A stretch of DNA of 64,000 nt from Bacillota bacterium (GCA_021771915.1 JAETNY010000009.1:40038-104037), one strand, 5' to 3'; numbered from the stretch's first letter, positions 8,687 through 21,281 are shown. Translations and numbers: made by a program. Notes: a model not told the origin generated them from the sequence alone.

Positions 8687-9745
8687 ATGTCTAGTATTAA
8701 TGTTATCGACCTTTTTTGTGGTTGCGGCGGCCTGTCTTTCGGATTTTCAAAGGCTGGTTATAATATCCTGCTTGGAATTGATAATGACGCCAAAGCACTG
8801 GAAACATTTAAATTAAATCACCTTAATGCAAAAGCAATTTGCAGTGATATTACCCAAATATCATACCAAAAAGATATTAAACCATTAATAGAACCATGCC
8901 AAATAGATGTGATTATTGGCGGCCCTCCCTGTCAGGGTATGTCCTTATCCGGCCCCAGAAAATTCGATGACCCAAGAAATTCCTTATATTTATCTTATAT
9001 CAGACTGGTTAAAGAAATTCAACCTAAAGCTTTTGTTATTGAAAACGTACCTGGTCTAACCAGTCTTTTTGGCGGACAGATAAAAGATAATATAATTGAA
9101 CAGTTTAGCCAAATCGGCTATCATGTGCAGTATAAAATCCTTTGCGCATCAGACTATGGAGTGCCACAAAGCAGACGCAGAGTATTTTTCATCGGACTAA
9201 AATCCGGCAGCTTCACTTATCCACAGCCAACTGATAATGTTGTTACTTGCAGCATGGCTCTGAATGACCTGCCCAGTTTAATCAGCGAGTTGGGCGATGA
9301 AATAATGGCCTATGCAACAGAACCGCAAAACGATTATCAAAAACAAATGCGAAAACATTCAAAAAGTGTACAGAACCACATTGCTGCTAATCATACAGAC
9401 AAAGTACGCAAAATAATCTCTTTGGTTCCTGACGGCGGAAATTATAAAGATTTGCCGGAAGAATACAAAACAAGTAGAAATTTTCATATTGCCTGGACAC
9501 GATTTGACAGCAACAAGCCCGCACCTACTATTGATACCGGGCATCGTCATCATTTTCATTACAAATATAACCGGGTTCCAACTGTAAGAGAATGTGCAAG
9601 ATTGCAGTCTTTTCCAGATAATTTTATTTTTCTGGGTAATAAAACTCAACAGTTCAGACAGGTTGGCAATGCCGTGCCGCCACTTTTAGCGCAAAGAATT
9701 GCTGAACAATTAAAGAAATCATTGGAGAATGAAATAAATGGCTGA
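8687..9745 (+). CDS. DNA (cytosine-5)-methyltransferase, M1 of a restriction-modification cassette
   Basis: Motif I FCGCGGLSFGF, motif IV GGPPCQGMS, motif VI ENV, motif VIII RRRVFFIG, motif X QVGNAVPPLLA. The region is AT-rich relative to its flanks. Confidence 0.9.
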   Translation: MSSINVIDLFCGCGGLSFGFSKAGYNILLGIDNDAKALETFKLNHLNAKAICSDITQISYQKDIKPLIEPCQIDVIIGGPPCQGMSLSGPRKFDDPRNSLYLSYIRLVKEIQPKAFVIENVPGLTSLFGGQIKDNIIEQFSQIGYHVQYKILCASDYGVPQSRRRVFFIGLKSGSFTYPQPTDNVVTCSMALNDLPSLISELGDEIMAYATEPQNDYQKQMRKHSKSVQNHIAANHTDKVRKIISLVPDGGNYKDLPEEYKTSRNFHIAWTRFDSNKPAPTIDTGHRHHFHYKYNRVPTVRECARLQSFPDNFIFLGNKTQQFRQVGNAVPPLLAQRIAEQLKKSLENEING

Positions 9746-11201
9746 ATATAAAATTCCCGAAGAATATTATTTCAGATTACACCATGTCCGCCCACGTTTT
9801 AAGAGTGATATTGAAAATGTCTTAATTTATATGGCGGAAGAAATTACTTCAATAGGACAAAAACCAACCCAGGAGTTTGTCAGGCTTATTAATTCAGCCG
9901 TTTTCAGATATCCCGGCAATGCGCATAGCACACTTAAAACTATAAATAATTGGCGCACTGAAATATCTGCTTTATTTGGTTTTATTGAACATGATGAATT
10001 AACCTGCAAACCCGGCAGGCGTGCTGTTGAATTAGCAACAAACCAGGATTTGGTAGAAGCCTTTAAGGTTTTTTTATATAACTTTCAATATCCAGGCGCT
10101 CATATTAAACCACACCGCATTTTAGAACAAATTAATGCCGGTATTCATTTTAAACCGGCGCAATATATATTACGTTTGCTAAAACACGCTAATAAAAACA
10201 GCCAAAACGCGGTTGGTTTAACAAAGTTTGAGGTTTGTCACTGCATTTTCAACGATTTAAGAGTAACCCGTGATAATGAAGGCGTTGAAAACACCTGGCA
10301 GAGAATAAAACTAAATCGCCAAAATAATTTAGAATACGACCAAACAGGCGATGTGATAAGATATGCCGGCGATATTGTTGACTACATGGAAAAAGCCAAT
10401 TTGTTAAAAACATATGACAACCGTACATATTATCTTAATATGCAGGAGAAAACAATTATCAACCAATTCTGCCAATCAACAGAATGGTTTGACGGTTATG
10501 ACCATATGCTGCAAAATCGTGCCGGCAATAAGACCAGTATTAAGGAACAAACAAATGCCTGGTTTGAATATGTAAACAGGGATATTGAAAATATTGATTT
10601 TTCAACAAACATTTTTGCATACATTGAATATAACCCAACAAAACTGCAACAATTACAAGCAGGCACTGGCAATATAACAAAAGGTTCTTTTAAAACTCTT
10701 ATAAAACGTGAAGCGGAATTGAATAAACGCATTGCTGTTGGTGAAGATGAACTTACGGCTAAGGATATCGGCGATATCGGCGAACAGCTGATACATGGCC
10801 ATGAATGTATGAGAATGAAGCTGGGCAACAGAGAAGATTTAATACATCTAATAAAATTGATACCAACACAATTTGCAGTTGGCTACGATATAAATTCTGT
10901 CGAATTAAATGAACTGAAAAGATTTATTGAAGTAAAAACAACAATTAGCGCTAAGCCATTGCATTTTACTAAAATACATTTGACCAGAAACGAATGGAAT
11001 ACAGCCAGAAGTACCCATGATCGTTACTATATTTATCGGCTGATGTTAAGTAAAACTGAACGCAAATTATTTTTGTTGCAAGACCCAGTTGGCTTATACG
11101 AAAAGAAGTTAATAGAAATTGCTTATAATGACGGAATAGATATTATATTTAACCCCAAAACAGCAGGAAAGTATGAGGAATTGCTTACATGGCAAAATTA
11201 A
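9738..11201 (+). CDS. Putative restriction endonuclease: novel N-terminal region plus a C-terminal DUF3883-like PD-(D/E)xK nuclease domain
   Basis: Translationally coupled between the two C5-methyltransferases, with 8-nt and 13-nt overlaps. The C-terminus reads DIGDIGEQLIHGHE...GYDI...ELKRFIEVKTT...YYIYRL, i.e. a D...E-x-K core. Confidence 0.55.
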   Translation: MAEYKIPEEYYFRLHHVRPRFKSDIENVLIYMAEEITSIGQKPTQEFVRLINSAVFRYPGNAHSTLKTINNWRTEISALFGFIEHDELTCKPGRRAVELATNQDLVEAFKVFLYNFQYPGAHIKPHRILEQINAGIHFKPAQYILRLLKHANKNSQNAVGLTKFEVCHCIFNDLRVTRDNEGVENTWQRIKLNRQNNLEYDQTGDVIRYAGDIVDYMEKANLLKTYDNRTYYLNMQEKTIINQFCQSTEWFDGYDHMLQNRAGNKTSIKEQTNAWFEYVNRDIENIDFSTNIFAYIEYNPTKLQQLQAGTGNITKGSFKTLIKREAELNKRIAVGEDELTAKDIGDIGEQLIHGHECMRMKLGNREDLIHLIKLIPTQFAVGYDINSVELNELKRFIEVKTTISAKPLHFTKIHLTRNEWNTARSTHDRYYIYRLMLSKTERKLFLLQDPVGLYEKKLIEIAYNDGIDIIFNPKTAGKYEELLTWQN

Positions 11202-12166
11202 GAGTTGCATCACTATTTTGTGGCTGCGGCGGAACTGATGTTGGTTTGCTTGGCGGTTTTGATTTTATAGGTAAACATTATGCAAATAATAATATAGAAA
11301 TTGTTTATGCCAACGATATAAACGATAATGCCTGTAAATTATTTGAAGCAAACTTCAATCTCAAACCAGATAATAGGGATATCAGAAAAGTACAGTGTAC
11401 AGAACTGCCGGAATTTGATATATTAACCGGCGGCTTTCCCTGCCAATCTTTCTCTATCGTTGCTCAAAACCCAAAACGCTTAGGCGTTAATGATGAAAAA
11501 GGAAAACTCTTTTTTGAAATGTGCCGTATCCTTAAAGAAACAAAACCCAAATGTTTTGTGGCTGAAAATGTTAAAGGAATTTTAACAGCTAATAAAAAAA
11601 GTGCATTTCCCTTAATTTTGCAGGAATTTGCGGAAAGTGGCTATGACTTGCAATATGCTATTTTAAATGCCGCGGATTTTGGCGTGCCACAAAAAAGAGA
11701 ACGTGTAATAATCGTTGGCTTTCGTAAAGATTTGAATATCAGATTTAAGTTTCCGACAGTTCCTATTACTAACGAAACTGAATATGTGCCTCTGAAAAAG
11801 GTATTGGAAAAACATGTGCCAGAAAAATACTATTTCAGCGCTAAAGCGGTTCAGGGAATGTTAAAAAACCGGGAAAGTATGAACAAAGGACGCGCGCAGG
11901 ATATTACAAAACCATGTAATACAGTTGGCGCGCATTTGGCCAAGGTATCGCTTAACAGCACAGACCCCGTTTTATTTGAAAACAACAGATATCGACGCTT
12001 TACACCAAGAGAAGTTGCCAGAATTCAGTCTTTTCCTGAAGAATATAAATTAACTTGCAGTGAAACCGCTCAATATCAGGCGCTGGGCAATGCAATACCA
12101 CCTGTTATGTTCTGGTATGTTGCACAGGCAATAAGCCGACATTTAACCAAAAAAGCATCAATCTAA
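11189..12166 (+). CDS. DNA (cytosine-5)-methyltransferase, M2 of the cassette
   Basis: FCGCGGTDVGL (motif I), GGFPCQSFS (motif IV), ENVKGIL (motif VI), RERVIIVGF (motif VIII), ALGNAIPPVM (motif X). Confidence 0.9.
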   Translation: MAKLRVASLFCGCGGTDVGLLGGFDFIGKHYANNNIEIVYANDINDNACKLFEANFNLKPDNRDIRKVQCTELPEFDILTGGFPCQSFSIVAQNPKRLGVNDEKGKLFFEMCRILKETKPKCFVAENVKGILTANKKSAFPLILQEFAESGYDLQYAILNAADFGVPQKRERVIIVGFRKDLNIRFKFPTVPITNETEYVPLKKVLEKHVPEKYYFSAKAVQGMLKNRESMNKGRAQDITKPCNTVGAHLAKVSLNSTDPVLFENNRYRRFTPREVARIQSFPEEYKLTCSETAQYQALGNAIPPVMFWYVAQAISRHLTKKASI

Positions 12167-12202
12167 AAGGATAAAAAAACAGACAAATTCAATAACAGGG
12201 GA

Positions 12203-12231
12203 TTGACAATAAAACAATAGCATGCTATAAT
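12203..12231 (+). promoter_or_regulatory. marR promoter (TTGACA-17-TATAAT) with an embedded 12-bp perfect palindrome ATAGCATGCTAT (12217..12228)
   Basis: Read directly from the sequence. The palindrome lies between -35 and -10, as expected for an autoregulatory MarR operator. Confidence 0.55.
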
Positions 12232-12256
12232 AATCAAAAGCAAAGGAGGAGCAGTC

Positions 12257-12682
12257 ATGAACTTGCAAAACAACTGCTGCGCTATGCTGAAGCAGCTGCA
12301 TGATGAAATTGGAAGACGAGTCAACAACTCCCTGCGCTCTCAAAATATGACATTTGCGCAAATGCACGTTCTGTTGCTGCTGCATGACGCTCCCAACCAT
12401 CAACTGCCCCTGAAAGATTTGGAAGCGCTAATGCATGTGGCGCAATCCACCGCTGCCGGCATTGTCAGCCGTCTGCAAAAAAAGGAGTTGGTACAGGCGC
12501 TTGATGACGCGGCCGACCAACGTATTAAAATTGTGCAGCTGACAGAAAGCGGTTTAACCTGCTGCCAGACAGCCAACAAACATATAAATGAAACTGAAGC
12601 CGCTCTTTTATCCGGTCTGACGGAAACCGAACAGGTAATTTTTTTAACCCTGCTCAAAAAGCTGCGCGACACTGTTTGTTAG
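12257..12682 (+). CDS. MarR-family transcriptional regulator
   Basis: 141 aa with a winged-HTH MarR pattern (FAQMHVLLLLHDAPNHQLPLKDLEALMHVAQSTAAGIVSRLQKKELV). Confidence 0.85.
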   Translation: MNLQNNCCAMLKQLHDEIGRRVNNSLRSQNMTFAQMHVLLLLHDAPNHQLPLKDLEALMHVAQSTAAGIVSRLQKKELVQALDDAADQRIKIVQLTESGLTCCQTANKHINETEAALLSGLTETEQVIFLTLLKKLRDTVC

Positions 12683-12718
12683 CCGATTTATTTTAATTTT
12701 TTCTTCAATTCAATACCT

Positions 12719-12751
12719 TGCTATTAATAGCATAATATTAATATTATGCTA
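12719..12751 (+). promoter_or_regulatory. Overlapping perfect palindromes TGCTATTAATAGCA and TAGCATAATATTAATATTATGCTA upstream of the MATE gene; likely MarR operators
   Basis: Both are self-reverse-complementary. They share the TAGCAT half-site with the marR promoter palindrome. Confidence 0.5.
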
Positions 12752-12782
12752 TATATTTATTGACAATAAAAGGAGAATTTAT

Positions 12783-14186
12783 ATGCCAAAAAAACATAAT
12801 GCAAAATCAAACGCCTTGCAACTTTTTCACAGCGCGCCCGTACCGCAGGCCGTGCTGAAAAATACCCTGCCTGCCATGGCGGCCATGCTGATGGTTCTGG
12901 TTTACAATTTGGCCGATACCTTTTTTATTGGCCAGACAAATGATGATTTACAGGTGGCCGCGGTTTCTCTGGCCACGCCGGTTTTTCTGCTTTTTATGGC
13001 GCTTGGCACGGTTTTTGGCGTGGGCGGAACCTCCGTCATCTCGCGCGCACTGGGACAGCGACGGCCACACTACGCCAAAAGAGTCTGCGCCTTTTGTATG
13101 TGGGCCTGTGTAATTGTTGGCGTGGTTATGTCCGCGCTGATGTTAATTTTCATGAACCCTCTGCTGCGCCTGATTGGCGCCAGCCCGGATACCTGGAACT
13201 TAACCAAAACCTATTTGGTTATTGTTACTTGCAGCGGCCCCTTTGTATTGATTTCCAACTGCTTTTCCAATATTTTACGCGCTGAGGGCGAAGCCAACCG
13301 CGCCATGTTCGGCCCGGTTCTGGGCAATCTGCTCAACGTAATATTAGACCCGATTTTAATTTTGGGGCTGGACTGGGGCATTACCGGCGCGGCTATCGCC
13401 ACCGTAATCGGCATGCTTTTCAGCGCCGGCTACTATATCGTTTATTTCATGCGCGGCAAGTCCAGTTTAAGCATCAGCCCCCGGCGGGCCACCCTGCGGC
13501 AGGGCGTTTGCAGCAGCGTGCTGGCGATTGGCATTCCTGCCGCTTTGGGCTCGCTGCTAATGAGTATTTCTCAGATTGTCGTCAATGCGCAAATGGCAGC
13601 CTATGATGATATGGCGCTGGCCGGCATCGGCGTTGCCATGAAAGTCACCATGATTACCGGCATGGTCTGCATTGGCTTCGGTCAGGGCGTGCAGCCGCTG
13701 CTAGGCTATTGCGTGGGCGCAAGGCTCTGGCCGCGATTTAAGGAAATTATGAAGATTTCCATTATTTTCGCGCTGGGTCTAAGTATAATCCTTACAGCGG
13801 CCTGTTATCTGCTGCGGCGGCAGATTGTCGGCGCTTTTCTGACTGAGCCGGCCTCCTTTGACTATGCCCTGCAATTTACCAACATTTTGCTCACCACCAG
13901 CTTCCTTTTTGGCGTATTTTATGTTCTGGCTAACGCCCTGCAAGCCATGGGCGCCGCCAGTGCCGCGCTGGTTATCAATTTAAGCCGGCAGGGTCTTATC
14001 TATATTCCGGCGTTGTTTATCCTGCAAAATATAATGGGCGTTACCGGGCTGGTCTGGGCGCAGCCGCTGGCTGATTTGCTCTCCACGGTTCTGGTCTGCC
14101 TGCTATATTGCTTCACCCTCCGGCGTTTAATGCAAACCGCCCCCACCCAGCTTAAGAATAACAAAACAGCAGCCCTGTCAATTTGA
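12783..14186 (+). CDS. MATE-family multidrug efflux transporter
   Basis: 467 aa with 12 predicted transmembrane segments and a MATE-like N-terminus (PAMAAMLMVLVYNLADTFFIGQ). Confidence 0.9.
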   Translation: MPKKHNAKSNALQLFHSAPVPQAVLKNTLPAMAAMLMVLVYNLADTFFIGQTNDDLQVAAVSLATPVFLLFMALGTVFGVGGTSVISRALGQRRPHYAKRVCAFCMWACVIVGVVMSALMLIFMNPLLRLIGASPDTWNLTKTYLVIVTCSGPFVLISNCFSNILRAEGEANRAMFGPVLGNLLNVILDPILILGLDWGITGAAIATVIGMLFSAGYYIVYFMRGKSSLSISPRRATLRQGVCSSVLAIGIPAALGSLLMSISQIVVNAQMAAYDDMALAGIGVAMKVTMITGMVCIGFGQGVQPLLGYCVGARLWPRFKEIMKISIIFALGLSIILTAACYLLRRQIVGAFLTEPASFDYALQFTNILLTTSFLFGVFYVLANALQAMGAASAALVINLSRQGLIYIPALFILQNIMGVTGLVWAQPLADLLSTVLVCLLYCFTLRRLMQTAPTQLKNNKTAALSI

Positions 14187-14217
14187 CAAGGCTGCCGTTA
14201 CTTTTATCTATATCTTT

Positions 14218-16830
14218 TTATTCGTCCCGGTTTTCTGCGTCCGCCTCGGCTCTGGCCAGCAAATCACCGATTTGCTGCTGCTCCAGCGCCTTTTTGTCGC
14301 TTTCCTTAACTGTCAAGCCCAGCGGCAGGCTGTCCTCCTCCGCCGTGCGCACTTCCAAACCGGCTTTCTGGTTGCGCTCTTTAGTATCTTCGGTTTCTCT
14401 GGTTATAACCCGGGTAACGTCAACAACCTGGTCGTTTGGCTCCAGATTAATCAGCGTCACGCCCTGGGTAATTCGGCTTTGCTCAGAAACATCACGGCTG
14501 TTAATGCGAATAACCATACCGCCCTTGGTAATCAGCATTAATTCATCGTCCTCGCGGACGTTCATGGCCGTCAGCAGTTTGCCGGTTTTCTCATTGCAGC
14601 GCATGGTATAAACACCCTTGCCACCCCGGCCAATCCGGCGGTAATTCTCCTGCGTCAGCGGTGTGCGTTTGCCAAAGCCCTGCTCAGATACCACCAGCAG
14701 CTGGCCATTTTCCTCAACCCGGGTCATCGCCACAACCTTATCGCCCGTCAGCAGGGAAATGCCGCGCACGCCGCGCGCAGCGCGTCCCATAGGCCGCAAG
14801 GATTCTTCACTGAAGCGGCAAACCATGCCCTGCTCTGTCGCCAGCAGAATATCTGAACCGCCGTCCGTCAACAGAACGGCAATCAGGTCATCGTCCGGCT
14901 GCAAACTAATAGCAGCCAGACCGTTTTGGCGGCTGTTAAACTGCGCCAATTCCGTCCGTTTAACCGTACCATTGCGTGTAGCCATAACCAGATAGCCGCT
15001 ACGTTCCAGACTGGTTATCGGGATAACTGTGCGCAGTTTTTCATTGGGGTCCAGCGCCAGCAGGTTCACCAGCGCCGAGCCGCGCGCGGTGCGGCCAACC
15101 TCCGGCAACTCATGCACCTTTAAGCGGAAAGCCCGGCCGCGGCTGGTGAAGATAAGCAGATAATCGTGAGTTGTCGCTACAAACATCTGCTCCACAAAAT
15201 CCTCGTCGCGCGTCGTCATGCCGGTAACACCACGGCCACCGCGCTTCTGTTGGCGATAGGTATTCAAATTCAGGCGTTTAATATAGCCGGCATGAGAAAT
15301 GGTGATAACCATATCCTCCATGGCAATCAAATCCTCCTCGTCCATGGAAGCGCCCTCCTCGCCCACAATAGTGGTGCGGCGTTCATCGCCAAATTTATTT
15401 TTAATTTCCAGCAGTTGCTCCTTGATGATACCCAAAATCATGCGCTCGCTGGAGAGAACCTGTTCCAGATAGGCAATAGTTTTAATCAGTTCTGCATATT
15501 CCGCGTCAATCTTGCCATGCTCCAGACCGGTCAGGGCGCGCAGACGCATTTCCAGAATGGCCGCCGCCTGCTTGAACGACAGGCCAAAGCGCTCCATAAG
15601 CTTGGTGCGCGCCTCCTCCGGGTTGGCGGCGTTGCGGATTGTGGCCACCACCTCGTCGATATAATCCAGGGCAATCTTCAAGCCCTCCAAGATGTGGGCG
15701 CGTTCCTGCGCCTTGGCCAAATCAAAGCGGCAACGGCGTTCCACAATCTCCTGCTGGTGCTTGACATAACACTGCAAAATCTCTTTCAGGTTCAACACGC
15801 GAGGCTCATTATCCACCAGCGCAATCATAATCGCACCAAATGTATCCTGCATCTGCGTATGCTTATACAGGCGATTTAAAACAACCTTGGCGATGGCGTC
15901 ATTTTTCAGTTCAATAACCACGCGGATACCGGCGCCGCTGGACTCATCGCGGATTTCGGTGATACCCTCAATAACCTTATCACGCACCAGATTGGCCATA
16001 CGCTCAATCAGGCGCGCCTTGTTTACCTGATAGGGCAGCTCCGTTACCACAATACGCTGTTTGCCTTTGGCGGTAACCTCCACATGCGTTTTGGCCCGCA
16101 TTTTAATGGTGCCACGGCCGGTCAGATAAGCGTCTTTAATGCCCTGCTGCCCCAAAATCAGACCGGCGGTAGGAAAATCCGGCCCTTTGATATAGTGCAT
16201 CAGCTGTTCAATTTCCAAATCCGGATTATCAATCAGAGCATTCAGCGCGTCCACAACCTCGCACATATTATGCGGCGGAATATTGGTGGCCATGCCTACG
16301 GCAATGCCGGAGGAACCGTTAATAAGCAAATTCGGCACGGCTGCCGGCAAAACGGTTGGCTCCTGCTCCTCACCGTCATAGTTGGGAACAAAATCCACCG
16401 TATCTTTATCAATATCACGCATCATTTCCAGCGTGAAACGCTGCAAACGGGCTTCTGTATAACGCATAGCGGCAGCGCTGTCGCCGTCAATAGAGCCAAA
16501 GTTGCCATGACCGTCAATAAACGGATAACGCATGGAGAAATCCTGCGCCATACGCACCAGCGCATCATAAATTGCATCATTGCCATGGGGATGATATTTA
16601 GCCATAATATCGCCCACGGCGCGCGCTGATTTTTTATAGGGCTTATCATGAGTAATGCCCTGTTCATACATCGCATACAAAATACGGCGATGCACCGGCT
16701 TTAAACCGTCGCGCACATCGGGCAGGGCGCGCCCCACAATAACGCTCATGGAGTATTTTAAATAAGCCGAGCGCATTTCATGGCTGATTTCGCTGCGTTT
16801 TATCGTGCCTTCATTATAAATCTCACTCAT
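14218..16830 (-). CDS. gyrA: DNA gyrase subunit A
   Basis: 870 aa; ...[22 protein letters not shown]...[26 protein letters not shown].. The QRDR differs from the E. coli reading HPHGDSAVYDTI. Confidence 0.97.
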   Translation of the reverse strand: MSEIYNEGTIKRSEISHEMRSAYLKYSMSVIVGRALPDVRDGLKPVHRRILYAMYEQGITHDKPYKKSARAVGDIMAKYHPHGNDAIYDALVRMAQDFSMRYPFIDGHGNFGSIDGDSAAAMRYTEARLQRFTLEMMRDIDKDTVDFVPNYDGEEQEPTVLPAAVPNLLINGSSGIAVGMATNIPPHNMCEVVDALNALIDNPDLEIEQLMHYIKGPDFPTAGLILGQQGIKDAYLTGRGTIKMRAKTHVEVTAKGKQRIVVTELPYQVNKARLIERMANLVRDKVIEGITEIRDESSGAGIRVVIELKNDAIAKVVLNRLYKHTQMQDTFGAIMIALVDNEPRVLNLKEILQCYVKHQQEIVERRCRFDLAKAQERAHILEGLKIALDYIDEVVATIRNAANPEEARTKLMERFGLSFKQAAAILEMRLRALTGLEHGKIDAEYAELIKTIAYLEQVLSSERMILGIIKEQLLEIKNKFGDERRTTIVGEEGASMDEEDLIAMEDMVITISHAGYIKRLNLNTYRQQKRGGRGVTGMTTRDEDFVEQMFVATTHDYLLIFTSRGRAFRLKVHELPEVGRTARGSALVNLLALDPNEKLRTVIPITSLERSGYLVMATRNGTVKRTELAQFNSRQNGLAAISLQPDDDLIAVLLTDGGSDILLATEQGMVCRFSEESLRPMGRAARGVRGISLLTGDKVVAMTRVEENGQLLVVSEQGFGKRTPLTQENYRRIGRGGKGVYTMRCNEKTGKLLTAMNVREDDELMLITKGGMVIRINSRDVSEQSRITQGVTLINLEPNDQVVDVTRVITRETEDTKERNQKAGLEVRTAEEDSLPLGLTVKESDKKALEQQQIGDLLARAEADAENRDE

Positions 16831-16851
16831 TCAGTGTATATCCTCCCCTGC

Positions 16852-18915
<2,064 letters not shown>

Positions 18916-19342
18916 TTACAGCAAATTATTTTACCACACGTAGTGATGTATATGCGCCGGCTTTAAGCTGCGGCTACGGCTGCATATGCGCCGTTAAACG
19001 CCAAATTTATGACACTTTTTTGCCAGGCCGGCTCAGATATTGCTTATCTTAGTATTATAGCACATAAATGTGGCCATGGCAAGCTTTTTGCTAAGTTTTG
19101 GAACTAATATAAAAAAATTATACAATAGTATGGTAATATCTGGAAGAATATGATATAATATAAAAATCATATAAATTGTTTTATTACGCATACTAACAAA
19201 CAGACCCACCCGGCAAGTACAAGCTGCTGTGTTGGTTTGAACGCAGCACCACAAAATCTGCTGCTTTTTTTCTGAAAATTTACGCCAAGGGGTGCAAGTT
19301 TTTTGCCCTTTAAGCTGTAATTATAGCGTAGGAGGAATGTTT

Positions 19343-19909
19343 ATGAAAAACCTCCTTGATGAAGATTTGGCGCGCATGGCTCAACAAGGCGACCAAGATG
19401 CTTTTGCGGAGTTGGTACATCGCTATGAACGGCAAATTTTCAGCATGGCCTATCGGCTGGCCGGGGATTATGATGAGGCGGCCGATTTGGCGCAAGAGGC
19501 TTTTTTGCGGATATATCGTATGCTGGACAGATACGACTCGCAAAAAAAATTCTTTTCCTGGATGTATCGGGTGGCGCAAAACAGCTGCCTTAACGCTTTA
19601 AGCAAACGCCCCAGCAATGTTATACCTGTGGAACGCGCAGAGGAATATATGGCTCCTGTGGACGGTGCCGGCGGCGCGGAACCGGAACAGAATTATCTGA
19701 ACCGGGAATTGCGCCAGAACATTGACCAGGCGATTGCGGAGTTGCCGGAAAATTATCGCGATGTAATTTACCTGAGATACATTGAGGATTTATCCTATCA
19801 GCAAATTGCTGAAGCCACCGGTTTGCCGGTTTCTACGATTGAAACACGGCTTTTCCGCGGCAAAAAGCAGCTGCAAAAAAATTTGTTGCGCCTGATGCAG
19901 GCCAACTGA
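19343..19909 (+). CDS. ECF-type RNA polymerase sigma factor (sigma-70 regions 2 and 4)
   Basis: AGGAGG Shine-Dalgarno 7 nt before the ATG at 19343. Region 2 reads DLAQEAFLRIY and region 4 reads SYQQIAEATGLPVSTIETRLFRGKKQL. The ORF track starts earlier, at 19292. Confidence 0.85.
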   Translation: MKNLLDEDLARMAQQGDQDAFAELVHRYERQIFSMAYRLAGDYDEAADLAQEAFLRIYRMLDRYDSQKKFFSWMYRVAQNSCLNALSKRPSNVIPVERAEEYMAPVDGAGGAEPEQNYLNRELRQNIDQAIAELPENYRDVIYLRYIEDLSYQQIAEATGLPVSTIETRLFRGKKQLQKNLLRLMQAN

Positions 19910-20045
19910 TTTTTTGGGATAATCATCGCCGAATTCAATTTTTGAATTCAAAAATGCTTTAATATTTTTTATGCTGTTTTATACTTTAAGTTTTATGCTT
20001 GAAAATTTTGCAGGAAATTAAGAAAAATAGCAGGAAAGGAGATGA

Positions 20046-21281
20046 ATGGCAATGGCCAAGCAGAAATTATGGCAAACAGAACCATGGCAGTCTGATGAAG
20101 AATTTGAACTGCTGCTGCACCAGAGCCTTGCTGCCATTCAGCCTCCGGCAGATTTTTCCAATCGGGTGATGGCGGCAATTCAACAGGAAGCACGCAGCCC
20201 TCAGGCAGAGGTTATTCCTTTTGCTTCAACCGAGCCGGCCCCAAAACGGCGCTTTGCCCCAAGCTTCTGGCCCGGGCTTGGCACTATTGCGGCTGGTCTG
20301 GTACTGTTTGTCTGGGCCTCACTGGCACTGCCCGGCGATAACTCTAACGTACCCGGAGCACTGCCGATAATGGATACCACAAACAATGTACGCGTGGCGG
20401 AAAACGAGCCTATTGACAAGCTGACTAGACAGGACTTGCCCCAGACAGTTGAACCCAACACCACCGCTGAACCAACGGCGCCAACTACGCCGGAGGTTTC
20501 GCCGCAGACAGTGACAACGACGAATGAAAACAGCGGCTCAGATGAGCAAACCCAGCCGCTTCTGTCAGAAGTTCCAACGAACGCTGAACCGAACCAGACA
20601 ACAGAACCGGCACAGACGGCCGAGCCGCTTGAGACCAGCAATGAGCCGCCAGCCTTGCCTATTGAAGAAGCTGGCGCCGGCGAGTTAATTCTGCCCCGGG
20701 CCGCCTTTGGCACAGAAGCCCAGGGAACGCTTTCCGTGCGGCTGCTGGCTGAGGTTCCTGATAGCCAGATTTACAGCCCCAGCATCAACAGACGCGGCAG
20801 TGCTGCCAGTTTTTACACTGCCGACGCTGAAAATGTATACAGCTGGCGAGTTAATTTGTCCACGGCCGACTCGCCTGAGGTTACATTGGTAACTTCGCGC
20901 AGTTCTATTGATGACATGAACTCTCTGCTGACGCCCACCACCACGTCCTGTGACGCAACAACTCTGGTGGCATCACCAGACAACACGATTATGGCGCAAA
21001 ACAGCCCGAACGGCCTTTGGATTTCTCTGGCCGAGGGCGAGGTTTACAGCCTTTCCGAAGAAGCCGGTGGCAGCCTGCTTGCCTGGTCGCCGGATTCCTC
21101 CAAACTGCTGTTTACCAACAGCCAGGGTCAGTTATTCATGGGCTATCCGCTGGAAAAACGCATTTATCAAATTACTGATATGCCGGTTAAAGATATCTGC
21201 TGGAGTACGGATAACCAAACCATAATCTTTTTGGCAAACAACAATGACCAAGACGCTTTGTATATTGCTGAATTGATTTAA
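20046..21281 (+). CDS. Putative membrane anti-sigma factor: one transmembrane segment, a Pro/Thr/Glu-rich linker and a C-terminal PD40/TolB-like beta-propeller-like region
   Basis: Immediately downstream of the ECF sigma. Transmembrane segment WPGLGTIAAGLVLFVWASLAL; C-terminus contains SPDSSKLLFTNSQGQ. Confidence 0.5.
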   Translation: MAMAKQKLWQTEPWQSDEEFELLLHQSLAAIQPPADFSNRVMAAIQQEARSPQAEVIPFASTEPAPKRRFAPSFWPGLGTIAAGLVLFVWASLALPGDNSNVPGALPIMDTTNNVRVAENEPIDKLTRQDLPQTVEPNTTAEPTAPTTPEVSPQTVTTTNENSGSDEQTQPLLSEVPTNAEPNQTTEPAQTAEPLETSNEPPALPIEEAGAGELILPRAAFGTEAQGTLSVRLLAEVPDSQIYSPSINRRGSAASFYTADAENVYSWRVNLSTADSPEVTLVTSRSSIDDMNSLLTPTTTSCDATTLVASPDNTIMAQNSPNGLWISLAEGEVYSLSEEAGGSLLAWSPDSSKLLFTNSQGQLFMGYPLEKRIYQITDMPVKDICWSTDNQTIIFLANNNDQDALYIAELI

